In this document: in pieces, positions 1 to 11,536 of the stretch
How positions within the stretch are numbered: the first letter of the stretch is position 1
Layout: every line of letters begins with the position of its first letter
Assembly (NCBI GenBank): GCA_054661495.1
Contig: BAAFSQ010000068.1
Location: forward strand, 1 to 32,000
Origin: Zygophlyctis sp. KS116
Taxonomy: Eukaryota > Fungi > Chytridiomycota
Direction: 5' to 3'
Length of the DNA: 32,000 bases
Translations under genes and position numbers: made by a program
The notes under the pieces: model-generated
Databases searched by the model: none
Seen by the model: only the letters and a program-made list of their open reading frames with translations
What the model was told of the DNA's origin: nothing

Positions 1-800
1 AAAATGCATTTTGATCAGATGCATACAATTGAACAAATGGTCTTATATCAGGATCATTTGCAATATCACAATCTAATCTAAGAGCACATTTCCCTTCAAG
101 TGATTTTTTAAATACGTTATTGTCAAATACTCTAGGAGTATCATCAAATGGAGTAAACTCTTGATTTGTTAAATCAGGAGAAATGGCTTTATGAACTCCA
201 CCCATAGAGTGTGATCCAGTCACTTTTATGTTAAAAATGATTATTACCTAATGCAGCAATATCGGCAAATGAAAATCCAAGTTTAAGTAATTTGGACTTT
301 ATTGTAGCATAGGCTTCATTTGATGTTGGTAATCTAGCAACGTTTGATTGTAATAAAGAAATTGTAGTAGTAGAAGTATTAACATCAATTCTTCCTCCTC
401 TAAATGGAATTTTAGGACCTCCGCAATGAGTCACAGTTACTGCTCCCCCCAATGCAATAAGATCTGCATTACTAATATTATAATTTTGTCTTGCTGTAAT
501 TCTCTGATTTGCCAATGTGTTTGCTAATCCTTTATTATCTCCAAAGTCTGCAGTGTAAACAAGATGACCATTTGCTCCTCCTGGATTAGCAGAGTCTAAA
601 GAATCAAAAGTTCCAGCATCATGAAAAGCAGCTCTTATCCATAATGCAGCCAGGTCCTTTGGAGGAGCATTTGGTGGAAGGTCAGCAGCACAGTTTCGTG
701 GAGCTTGTAAGCAAAAGACTAAAGCATCTGCAGATTTTTGGGCTACTGATGGATCTAATGCCAATATACAGCTGAATAAACTCAATAGCACAATGATCAT
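1..800 (-). CDS. Secreted heme peroxidase, peroxidase-catalase superfamily (hybrid-B/ascorbate peroxidase-like); 3' end runs off the window
   Basis: The ATG at 800 gives signal peptide MIIVLLSLFSCILA. Distal motif ALWIRAAFHDAGTF and ADLIALGG..CGGPKIPFRGGRID are present. Removing the 25-nt intron 223-247 restores the proximal His motif LVTGSHSMGGVH and PFDDTPRVFDNNVF. Confidence 0.85.
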
Positions 801-1316
801 TCTGATTTTTTCGGACTGATTTCTTCCGTAAAAACACGTCGTTAATAATGTCCGATTGCGTTGCCATTCACAGATCGCTGGATCATTTAGAGTGATTGTT
901 GGATTGTTGATGGTATACATTTTAGTTTAGCCCCTCCTCTTTTAGAATCTACTAATGCTTCAAGATTGTATAATGTAGGTTTAGTCCTCCTTATTAGGAC
1001 CATTAACTGGTTTGCTGCTCTGGGCTGTGTCTAGCAAAAATGTCAAAGATCAATCAGGTATTTTAGATCATTTAACGTCAAGTTTCTTGGAAAAATTCAA
1101 AAACATTTACAGGATAAAGAATCACATTCGGTATATTTAACAATGAAACCATATCCATTAACCAAAAAAATCCCAAATGCAATCGTTGTAAAATTTAAAC
1201 TCGGTAAAAACAAATCATCAATCATCCTAGAAAAAGGAGAAATTAATGGGTTTTTAGAATTATATCATGATCTGTTAAGAGTCCAATTTTCTAATCTGAA
1301 AAAGAAGACGAGAAAA

Positions 1317-1964
1317 TCAAAGAAATGAATGACTCTTTTTCTTTTTTCCTAGTGATTCTTGTAATTTATTTTGATAAGAGATCCGTCTCTCGGCTTCTTC
1401 TTCTTGCGGTCTTTTTAAGAGAGCCGTCGGTCCCAATGACTCTGATTTAATAGTACTAGTAACAGAGAACCGAGAGAATGCAGTCATTATGATTGGTAAT
1501 TCCAAGACGTTAATAAAACTCTTTTTGGATTTTTCCAGATATGATAGAAATTTAGAATCATCACTGATCATACTACTAGAGGCTTTAAGGCATTGTAAAA
1601 GAGGGCGGATAAGATGATTAGATAATTCAATATTGTCCAGTTGAGGGAGGCTAAATGTCCAGACAAAAGAAAATGCAGATAGTGGCAGTTGGCCGGACAA
1701 GATTAAATCAGTAGAGATTTCAGGAGTGAATTTGGTTGCTAATAATCTGGTTAATAAATCCTTGATTTGATCTATAGAGTTTGATTTCAAGTTTTCCGGA
1801 AGATTGGTTTGAATCGACTCATTAGAAAATGATTGGCCCCAAATGCACATCAAATCGCAAACAATTAGAGTTCCGCTGGTAGGATCCCATTTGTAAATCC
1901 ATTCAGACTTGTCATGAGTCTTGAGCATCTTCCAGGGTAAATTGATATAGTCTGAAAAATTCAT
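1317..1964 (-). CDS. XLF/Cernunnos/NHEJ1-like non-homologous end-joining factor
   Basis: Head-domain-like pattern (PWKML...LIVCDLMCIW...FSFVWTFSL...LSNHLIRPLL). The basic-hydrophobic C-terminus KKKKSHSFL resembles the XLF Ku-binding motif. First ATG is at 1964. Confidence 0.6.
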   Translation of the reverse strand: MNFSDYINLPWKMLKTHDKSEWIYKWDPTSGTLIVCDLMCIWGQSFSNESIQTNLPENLKSNSIDQIKDLLTRLLATKFTPEISTDLILSGQLPLSAFSFVWTFSLPQLDNIELSNHLIRPLLQCLKASSSMISDDSKFLSYLEKSKKSFINVLELPIIMTAFSRFSVTSTIKSESLGPTALLKRPQEEEAERRISYQNKLQESLGKKKKSHSFL

Positions 1965-1977
1965 ACAAACTTTATTT

Positions 1978-3524
1978 TTACTTGCAGATAAAAGTAGGTT
2001 CAATTCGACGCTTCTTGATGATCCCTTGATCTAACAGGTGTACTTTTGGAGTAGTTTCAACTAATATATTTTCCTTGACATCAATCTGATCAATTATTTC
2101 ACAAGTGTTCTGTTCACAAGTTTCTTGAGGAATTTCTACATGTACAGGCACTGAAATATTCTCTTCAAATGGTTCTCCCAATTCTCCAGGTTCAAATACA
2201 GCCAGAGAACCAAAGCCATCTGTAGATGTCATAAATAAGCTCATTCCATCAGGTGACCAAGAGAGGTCAGTAAAAGTAGAGTAATGAAGCTGACTAAGGA
2301 AAGCTAATGGTAGAGTTTGTTGAGTATCATACAAATAGACAGAGTCTTGAGTTGCTATTGCATATACAAATCTGTAAGGAAGGCGCACTAAAGGAGTAGA
2401 GTTAGTAAGTTTAAACTTTATAGGATTCCATCGGACAGCAACAGAAGGTTTTTTATGAGGTCCGAGAATCGCGACAGGTTGTCTATAGTTATTAAATAAA
2501 AATTACTTTAACAGACTTCCTCTAGAATACATTAAAACACAATTTTCCATTTCTTCCTCTTTAGAAATTTGTTCAGACATGATATTCTCTGATTTTGGGA
2601 TTTGTCCAGTTGGAGTAAGGAATAGAGATCCATCGGGCGAAAACCAAGGCCTTCTGAAAAATGACAATAGAGATTCATCATGAAAAATTCTAGTAGTCTT
2701 CTTTATAATTGAAGGTGTTTCTGTCACATCTGACATGTTCTTGTCTTTAAGTAAAGAAATTGGTATTTTGAAATGTTTTGTTAAATGTTTGACATTTATA
2801 CCCGCTTTTGTTACAGAATATGAAAAAATAGACACTGATCTTAAATTTAGCCATATACTACTTACCGATCATTACTTTGAGTTGCCAGATACATATTTTT
2901 AGGATCCCAAGATACACCTTGAACAAAATGACAGTGATTTGTTAAAACTTGCACACATCTCTCTAAAGTTTATATAATAGTCTTACGTTCTGGAACTGAA
3001 TATATTCTAGATGTATTATCAAGACAGGCTGCAATTATGAAATTATTATCAGGAGACCACGCCAAGTCCGAAATATCTGAAGTTGATCCTCTAAAAATAA
3101 ATTTATAGTTTAATACCTTAAGGATGCAGAAATCTTCCATGATTCAACACTTCCATCTTCATCCTGTTCCAAATTCTCATGCTGTTCCCAGAGTAAGATT
3201 GTACCGTCTTTAATTAGTTAACAGCACGTACCATCCCCTCCTGATGCCAATATTTTCCCTAAAATTAAATACAAATATACTACCTCTTGTTGCCCACCGA
3301 ACACAATTAACAGGAGCTGCATGCCGTTTTAATGTTGATAGAAATTCAATCCCTGCTGCATTCTCATTTGTACCAATTCTCCATATCTAAAGTTAAGTCT
3401 TACAACTTACCCGAATTGCAGAATCTGCTCCACCGGTCGCTAATCTTGAGCCAGCAGGTTCGAAATCAGCGGTATAAATCGGTTGCTTATTATGCCATAG
3501 AATTTGAATAGTTTTCACTTTCAT
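1978..3524 (-). CDS. CAC2: Chromatin assembly factor 1 subunit B (Cac2/CHAF1B), WD40
   Basis: Motifs MKVKTIQILWHNKQPIY, HCHFVQGVSWDP, FHDESLLSFFRRPWFSPDGS and LPYRFVYAIATQDSVYLYDTQQ, with C-terminal B-domain-like KKRRIEPTFI. Introns at 3387-3410, 3259-3283, 3208-3231, 3091-3116, 2963-2986, 2840-2865 and 2483-2506. Confidence 0.92.
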
Positions 3525-3810
3525 TTCGATTTCGGAGTTGCGATTTTTTAGGTTTTCCGACTGATGATCCTTAAGACTGGGAATGTGTCATTTAGATCAG
3601 ATATGGAAAATCATTATTAATCCCAAGTTTTAAGTTTCTAAAAACACTAAACTTATAAAGATGATTTTATTTTCAATTTAAATTATCATGATTATTTTTT
3701 AGATGTAAAGATTTCATTTTATTGTAAAGAATCATTATAATCGTCATTCTTATATTAGAGTCAAGGATAGTATCGGACGGCTGTATTGGTAGTTGTACAG
3801 TTGCAGATCT

Positions 3811-3853
3811 GGTCGCGTAATTCTCCGCGGGCGCGTCTCAGTTAAACGCGAAA
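3811..3853. promoter_or_regulatory. CGCG cluster (MCB/SCB/E2F-like sites) in the divergent CAC2 / PAS-gene interval
   Basis: Four CGCG cores at 3814, 3826, 3832 and 3847 within about 40 nt of otherwise AT-rich DNA. The last reads AACGCGAAA and abuts the ATG at 3853. Confidence 0.45.
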
Positions 3854-6800
3854 TGGCTTCTATCAAGGATGATGAGGAATCCATGTATAAGCAGGTAGAG
3901 GATGCATTCTTTGGAATATTATGGTGTTTACAGACTCAAAGAAAGACACCATTGGTTAATCTTAATTTATTATCCACGCTAGGTGGAATGGTTCTTGACT
4001 TTTGTCATATGCTTGCTTTTTTTGTACACGGTAATTTTTAGTTTATAATCTGAAAGCGGGTAACAGCATGCATTAGCGTTAATAATAGACTTTGGATGGG
4101 GATCCATCACGATCACTTGGGGTACATATGTAAAATATATTCAGTTGCAGTTACCGCTATATCGATATGAAGGATTCGCTGTAAGCAAATATCAGGTATA
4201 ATACAAAGATTGCATTTTGGTGTGCTGTTGGCTTAGCATTCTTTATTATGATAAATGCAGCTGTAGTTGGATACTCTTTCTGGACAAAAAATTTTAATCA
4301 GCTTTGGGCTATTAAATTGCTACATTTTGTAGTGGCTATATTCATCAACTTTGTATTTCTTGCCAGGTTTGTGCTTTAAACTTAATTTTCTAGTTTGTAT
4401 CTATTGATTACACCCTGGTTTTGTGATCCTGTAACACAAATACTGATTCCTTTTCATAAAAATGGTCAAGAGTAACTATTAAAAAGCTTACAAATAGTGT
4501 TGCTTGTTTTGGTTGGCCAAATTTGCTCTCAGTCATTTTAGGATCTGTTTCCATTCTCTTCCTAGTCTTTTTGGTTTTTGCTTCAACTCTTGCGTCAGTT
4601 GATTATGAGCCAGTCGAAAATGATTTAGGTGCAGTTTCTTCTCCAGCTTATAGATTAATCTTTAATATTTGTCTAATTTTTATGACAATCGATGAATACT
4701 TTATAGCGAAAATAATTCCAGTAACGGGTCATTGGTGGGAAGCACTTTTTAATTTGATTCTTGCAACAGTATGTTTTGCTACTGTGATTTATTACCTACC
4801 GTATCAAATTCAACTAGGAAATGAATTGCGTGGTGGAATGCTAGGCCTACTTACTTGGACTGCTGCATGCGCATTTGTTACCGTGAACATGGAAGATAAT
4901 CCTGACCATGCAAACCGAGTTATAGACTACGTACTTTTGACTGGTAAGATTTTTCAGCATAAAAAGAAAAGGATTGATTCCTGCAGCTATAGCAGGTAGA
5001 TATGTTATTACGCTTAGATATGCCCAAATGAACGGTATTTTATTATTGATAAACTTTAGCATTTGCAGCTGCCTTAATAGATCAAATTGACCCTAATTAT
5101 ACTGCGGAAGAAATTTTAAGAGCCAAGTTTGGAACAAGAAAAAATGAATTGATAGTTGGAGCTGAAAGAAATCCATTAGTATATTTGCCTCGTTCAATGC
5201 AAATTTTCAGCACTTCATTGACAACAATCGAAATTTTCGGAAGATTGATCTGGTTTGATTCTGATGACAAGCGTAATCATGAAGCCGCTTATCGGTTTTA
5301 TAGGCTTGCAGAAATGGCATATCCTGATGTTGCATATGTTAAATTATTACGTGCCTCGTGTCTAAATCGTTTGTGTGGGGATATCGGGCTTTTGCAAGAT
5401 CAGTTCTCAAGAGTGGCCAAAAACAATCCATCATTTTCCGTTCGCTTCGCTCTATATCGAAGAAACATGGAAGCTAAACAGAAAGGATCCTCTAATACTT
5501 CAAATTCAAACGACGAAAATGAAAGTAAAAGTGCTGCAGGAGATGATTCTTTGGATCTTGTCGCATACGTTGAATTCCAGAAATACTATTTGTATGATTT
5601 GTTTAATTGCTAAATTGGTAGAGAAGCGCAAAGATATAATGCAGCGGCAATAGATGCAATCCGTGAATTCTGGGCTCTTTTCTTACAACCAGAAATAACA
5701 TTTACAGCTTTTAATAACGCAGCAAGAGTCATTGAAGCTCAAACTACGAAAGCACTTGGAACTTACAAAGTAATTTATTTGTGGTTTTATGTTTAGACAC
5801 TGCTTATTCGATACCCAAAACATGTAGCAATATTGACTAGTTATGCATATTTTTTGGAATTGGTAATGCATAACGGCGAAGAAGCTGCAAAGTATCATAG
5901 TAGAGCTGAAGAAATCCAATCCAGAGAGGCGGAACTCTCCAACCAGCAATCCTCAATAGATGGTAGTAGCAATGTTGCCGCTGTTATATCTATTGCGGAA
6001 GATGGTTCAATCGAATCTGTCAATATGGTTCTTTGTGCTGTATTTATGTATGAGAGGATGGAGTTGATTGGTCGTAATATAAAATCTATTATACCATCAC
6101 CCTGGAAAGAAAAGCACGACTTATTTTTGGATGATTATAGAACAACTGGGGACGCTAAAGTTATTGGAAAGCCCGCTAGAAAGTTATTTGCCCAACATCG
6201 AGAAGGATATTCTTTTGCGATGAATCTTTCAATTCAAGAACGCAGAAAGGAAAGTGGAGAAAAGACATTTGTCGCAATGATTAATCGTACCGACAGCGAC
6301 AAGCAAGAGGGAGTTATTATAATTACTGAAGAAGGCCAAATTTTGTTAATTTCGCAGGCGGTCACAAAGCTTTTTGGATATTCTGCTATGGAGTGCCTTA
6401 GAAATGTATTTCATATTTTCTGATATTAGAATGTCACGTTATTAATGATAGACGCTTACGCCGCTAGCCACGATTCCTATCTTAAGAGTTACAGAGATAC
6501 AGGTAAAGCCAAAGTGATTGGAACAGCTGGCAGAAATGTCCCAGCAAGAAGAAAGGATGGGACTGTTTTTCCGGCTGGTTTAGTTGTTGAAGAGCTTTAT
6601 CTCAGAAATGAGAGATTCTTTATGGCCAATATTGTCGACACAACCAATTTGAAAGCAACTATTTTTATGGATGGGTTTGGAATAATACAAAATGTTGATA
6701 ATGGTATTGGTCAACTTTTGGGATATCACAAGGAACAAGTCGTCGGAAAAAATATCAAATCCATACAACCGCCTCCCTATAATATGTGTATGATTAGAGA

Positions 6801-9800
6801 ATTTTTAATACTAGATCATGATATGTATTTGGAAAGGTACCGAAAAACGAAGGTCTCTAGCATTTTGAAAGCAACAGACGGCAGAGTTCTTCCAGCCATG
6901 CATGCAGACGGTTCGGTAGTTCAAATAAAGGCTATTATCCAAAGAATCGATGATGGAACTTCGTCAAATTTGCTTTTTAAAGGTCTGATTCAAAGAGTGG
7001 ATAACACGATGCTGCAACTTGATCATGCAGGGTTCAAAAATGAAGATGTTATTGAAATGACAAAAGACGGAATCATCAAAGAAATCCATCCATCAGTCAT
7101 TAAACTACTTGGTTATGACATCGGAGTTCCTCCTTCAGTCTTTATTGGGCAATCCATTGAAGTAATCATCCCGCCCATGGACACTAGACCCAATCAAATG
7201 AAGCAATTCTGGATCCCTAAATGCCTTTCGGACACAAGCTCTAATTTTTACCTTCTTGCAGCTAATAGGAATCTAACTGTCTTTCCAGTGACAGTCAATT
7301 TATCGATGAAATCTCCGGATGTTGTTCTTGTCAGACTTAAAGATATTTCTGGCCTTGATGCCCTGATAACAATTGATGAAGTGGGTACTATTCTCAGCTT
7401 CAATGAAGATTCTTATCTCCTACTTGGACATGAATCAGACGAAGCCATTGGACGAAATATAAAGTTCATGTTGGCAAAGGAAATCAGTGATCAACATGAC
7501 TTCTTCTTGCAGCGATATCGTGAGACTAGAGTCGCACGAGTAGTGGGGATTCCCAGAACCCTCAATACCATTCATAGAGACAAATCTGTTTTACCGATTG
7601 AGATTCAAGTAAATACTTTATTTTGGTTAATCATAGGTTACTGAGATAACCACAGGTGAAGGTCGTCAATTTGTGGGTAGACTTCGTCATTTAGCTATTG
7701 AAGACAAGTTCAACAATGGTAAGATATTTTTTATAAACTTGAAGAGATGATTCAGAACTTTTTATCAGAATTACCCCATAAGCTAGAGGAAATAGAGAAG
7801 GAAAATCAAGTTTTAGAAAGGGCCAATTCCCTTACAGAATCTTCGAATTCAAAGGGTGAAATATCCGAACAAAATGCAAGCGAGTCTGACGACAGTTCTT
7901 CGGTATCATCGGATTCTTTCGAAGATGATAAATTGATCGATCATGAAGGGATAGATGCAAAACTTAAATACATCAAAGATACTGAAGCTGAAGACAAATC
8001 AAGTGTTGCATTGGGATTGGCTTTGAAGTATCTGGTTGTTTTATATGGTATAATTTTTCTAGCGGCTTTGCTGGTATTCAACTTGTTACCAAATCCAACC
8101 AACTTATTGGTTATGATGGATAAATTGGCTGAAGTGTCGAATACATTAGGAGATGCAGTTGGCGCTGCTAGGCAATTACAGCTCCAACAAGTTGCAGGTA
8201 TTACAGATGGTTATACTTGCTCTTGGTCTCCATCGGATCCAAAGGCTTGTGGCTTTGCCGATAAAAATAACGTTTCGGCTGATTTATGGGCAATCGATAA
8301 ACAGCTACAGGAACTTTCCGGCTGGTTTTCACAAAATTATGCTCGAATCAGAACTGCGGGAGATACATTAGATGCCAAATATTCTGGAACACATGACTAT
8401 TTCGATTTTACCGGTCAAAATCCAAACACTCCGGTGGCCTCGACAGTTCAAAGCTGGCCTGAGCTTACACTTTCAAAGGTGAGGCCTTCGTTATTGGCTA
8501 TAGCTAGAGATAATGACGTTTCAAAATCTGCTTTATATTGGAATTTTATTATATATAATCGGGAAATATTCTACAAATCTACTCATGACATTATTGCCGA
8601 AGTTCCATTCAAGGTTGGATCTTTATTAACTACTGAGTTGATTATTCACTTAGTTTTTACTTTGATCTTGACTGTAACCGGGATTGTAAGATTAATGATT
8701 TAATTATCAGGTTACTTTCGCTTTTATACTATTACCCCGCCTTCGTGGAATCCAAGCTGATCGAATGCTGATTTTAAAACTAGTATTGATGGTACCTAGA
8801 ACAATAATATTTGATTTTGTGAATGTTATGTATCGTAGGTCAGATGAGGAAGATGCTGGCGGTGAAGACGGAATAACTGAAATAGGATCAACTAGAACCG
8901 GAGACGCAAAAGCTGGTGCTAATAATTTGAAATCGAGTGATGTGACTGAAATCATTCCTGATAGAAACTATCGCACGTATTTAATTTTTGTCGTTGGACT
9001 TTTCTCACTTAGTTTGCCCGCTATAACCCACTGTGCATGGAGGTTTACTCACAACTTGGAGATGTATGATCGATTAGATTATTATTTGTCAAATGCAAAC
9101 ATTTACGTGGGAAGTTATTCATTTAAGTGGAGAGAGCAAGATTTCTTTGCAACTCAATGCCCAAACATGGAATTTTGTAATACATTGCAACAAGCCAAAA
9201 ATAATTTGACAACTGTAGCAAATGATGTAAGATTTTTCTTTCATAAATCTAGGTTAAAAGTAACTTTGGCCATGTCCAAACCAAATATGCTGGCGATGAC
9301 TTTTTCTCTCAAGTTCTGTATAGAGTTGATAATCTTGATCCAGGTCATGGAAACGAAGTTTTTTGCCCATCCGGTGACTTTGAAGTACGATGCAATCCCA
9401 AGTATACAGGTCCCGAATTAGAAAACTATCCTCCTCTTTTTGCACTCAAGATGTCGAAAGGATCCGGATTATTTATTCCTTTCAATTACGAATCTGCCCT
9501 AGCTTTAAGTAATACTACCAATATTAGCACAATTTCTATTGATTCCTTCTGGACCACATGGCTTGCAACTCCAGTCGAAGGAAAGGCATTACTCTATGAA
9601 TTAATGTTGCTTGAAAGTGCCAAAATCAGTGAAGAGTATAATATGTCTAGAACCGCAGCCTCTGCGAGTTATGGTGTTTCCTTTGCTCTCAGTCTGTTCT
9701 TATTTTTATTCGTATTTTCAAATGTGAAGAGCAATTTGCAAAATGAATCAAAGCACAATCGTAGCATTCTGTTTATGATCCCAATTGATGTGGTCAAACG

Positions 9801-9855
9801 AAACAAGACAATATTAGATTACGTGGATCGGGTCTTTTTGGACTTGAGCGGATAA
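3853..9855 (+). CDS. Large multi-pass membrane protein, TmcB/TmcC-like, with five PAS domains (four FixL-like heme-PAS)
   Basis: About 15 short introns join the ORF pieces into one frame. Order: N-terminal TM bundle, TPR-like region (LLIRYPKHVAILTSYAYFLE), PAS repeats at ~5970-7690, two TM-bounded extracellular loops, and the end RSILFMIPIDVV...VFLDLSG. Confidence 0.8.
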
Positions 9856-9880
9856 TTTGATCTTTAAAAAAATAATTTGA

Positions 9881-11513
9881 ATGCGTTTACAAGATGTTAT
9901 ACATGAGACATGGGATTGTGTTGGTTCAGCTTTAGATGCGCTAGTAGAAGCAGCTAATAATGACCTGATATGGGCATCCGACGTGTCCGGATGTGCTTTG
10001 AAGAAACGACTACCAATTCCTGAAATACAGCAGTCTTATACAGAAGGAGAAGATTCTTGTAGTGACGCAGTTGTATTGGATGTAACGCCTGATGATACTA
10101 AGAATCATTCGCGAAAAGCAAATCAAAATGAGTTTATCGGACACGAATCTAAAAGGCAACGATCAGATACTGATAGTTTGACTGAAAAGAGATTGGGAAC
10201 TCCACCAAACCAAAACAATTCTCAATCAGCAACTATTAATAATGAAAACTCTCATGAAAATTTAAATGTTGGTGATACTGGTCACGAACAAGTAAAAGAT
10301 GATAAGAAGCAAGTCAGAGTACTATTGAAAGGAAGAACTAGGCATAAGGCAAAAGAGTTGCTGAACAAGATAGATACAAGCTCTCAAGTAAAATCAGAAG
10401 TGGCAAAGATAACTTCGCCGACGACAAAGGTTGTGAATTTAGCATCAAAAGCGGATGAAACTAGACTTAATTCGGACAAAAGACTACAGTCTACAGTTTT
10501 CTCGTCTCTAGATATTCTTCGAAAAGGTTTGATGAAGAAGCCGACAGTCATGGATCAGAATCAATCAGTAATAGTAGAATCTGGAAAGAGAATTGTTGAT
10601 AGCTGTGGTGAATCTGTATCAAGTATTGAAAATACATCATTTGCAAGATCTAGTAATGCCGAAATACCTGAAACTGATTTAGAAAATATTAAATTAACTG
10701 TAATTCATTTATAATTAATTACTAGTCTCTACAAGCAATTCCACGTGAATCCGTTATAATTCCTCGTGAATCTACAGCCATAGATCGATTATCAAAAATA
10801 AGACCTATTTCTCAACTGAAATCGATTGCTATAGAATCAGCATCTCTTGAAAAAGATAGAAAAATAATATTGGACAGTCTTCAAGAAGCACATCTTAAAT
10901 CACAATCTAATTCAGATCATAATGTTGAAAAGAATTCCACAGAAAAAAAAGAGATCGCTCCACTAAATTCAAATTTGTCACATATTCCGGTAAATTCCAA
11001 TTAAATCCCTTAAACTATAGACACTTAAAGAAGTCCAACCAATCACACCAATCGTTTCAAAAAAACCACTCGAAACTGTTCCAATTATTCAAAATTCTGT
11101 TTTGGATGCTTTAGATGACAAACCACTTAAATCCAAAAACGTGAAATCTTCAGCTCAAGATGGGAAAACGTGTATCCTAGATGAGAATGGGAATTTACCA
11201 GAAATACCATCAGAGTATTTATTTTTATAATTTTACAAATAGTGATGATTCTGATGATTGCCGAAAGCTATCACCTCAAAAAATAGCTAATTGGGCTCAT
11301 ACACCACATTTAAGAGGAACTTTGGAAACTCAAACATTACAAGATCCAGATGCAATCTTTGGATCCATTCCTCCCATTCAGTTAGAAGAAGTGTTCAAAA
11401 ATGTACCTGCAAAGAAATTCATGAGACCTCGAGCCTCATCAGGCGTATGGTCCAGTTTAACTCCTGATGAAATAGCAAATTACAATTCTAGAATGGGATT
11501 TAAGGGGAAATGA
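9881..11513 (+). CDS. INCENP/Sli15-like chromosomal passenger protein
   Basis: C-terminal IN-box (Aurora-binding): LPEIPSD..SDD..IANWAHTPHLRGTLETQTLQDPDAIFG..LEEVF..RPRASSGVWS. Low-complexity middle region and three short introns. Confidence 0.8.
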
Positions 11514-11536
11514 TAATTTTTTAAGAAAAAGTTGTA

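Noticed and set aside
801-920. N-terminal extension of the peroxidase ORF from ATG 920
   Set aside because: The signal peptide begins at ATG 800, and the extension has no recognisable features.
1143-1328. 61-aa plus-strand ORF
   Set aside because: AT-rich, no motif, and overlaps the XLF 3' end, so likely spurious.
3560-3600. CTGATGA as a hammerhead core or snoRNA C box
   Set aside because: No GAAA after the putative stem II and no suitably placed CTGA D box.
3955-3982. Intron-like GTTAAT...CGCTAG (28 nt) in the first PAS-gene exon
   Set aside because: Removing it shifts the frame into an early stop, whereas the unspliced frame joins the downstream exons.
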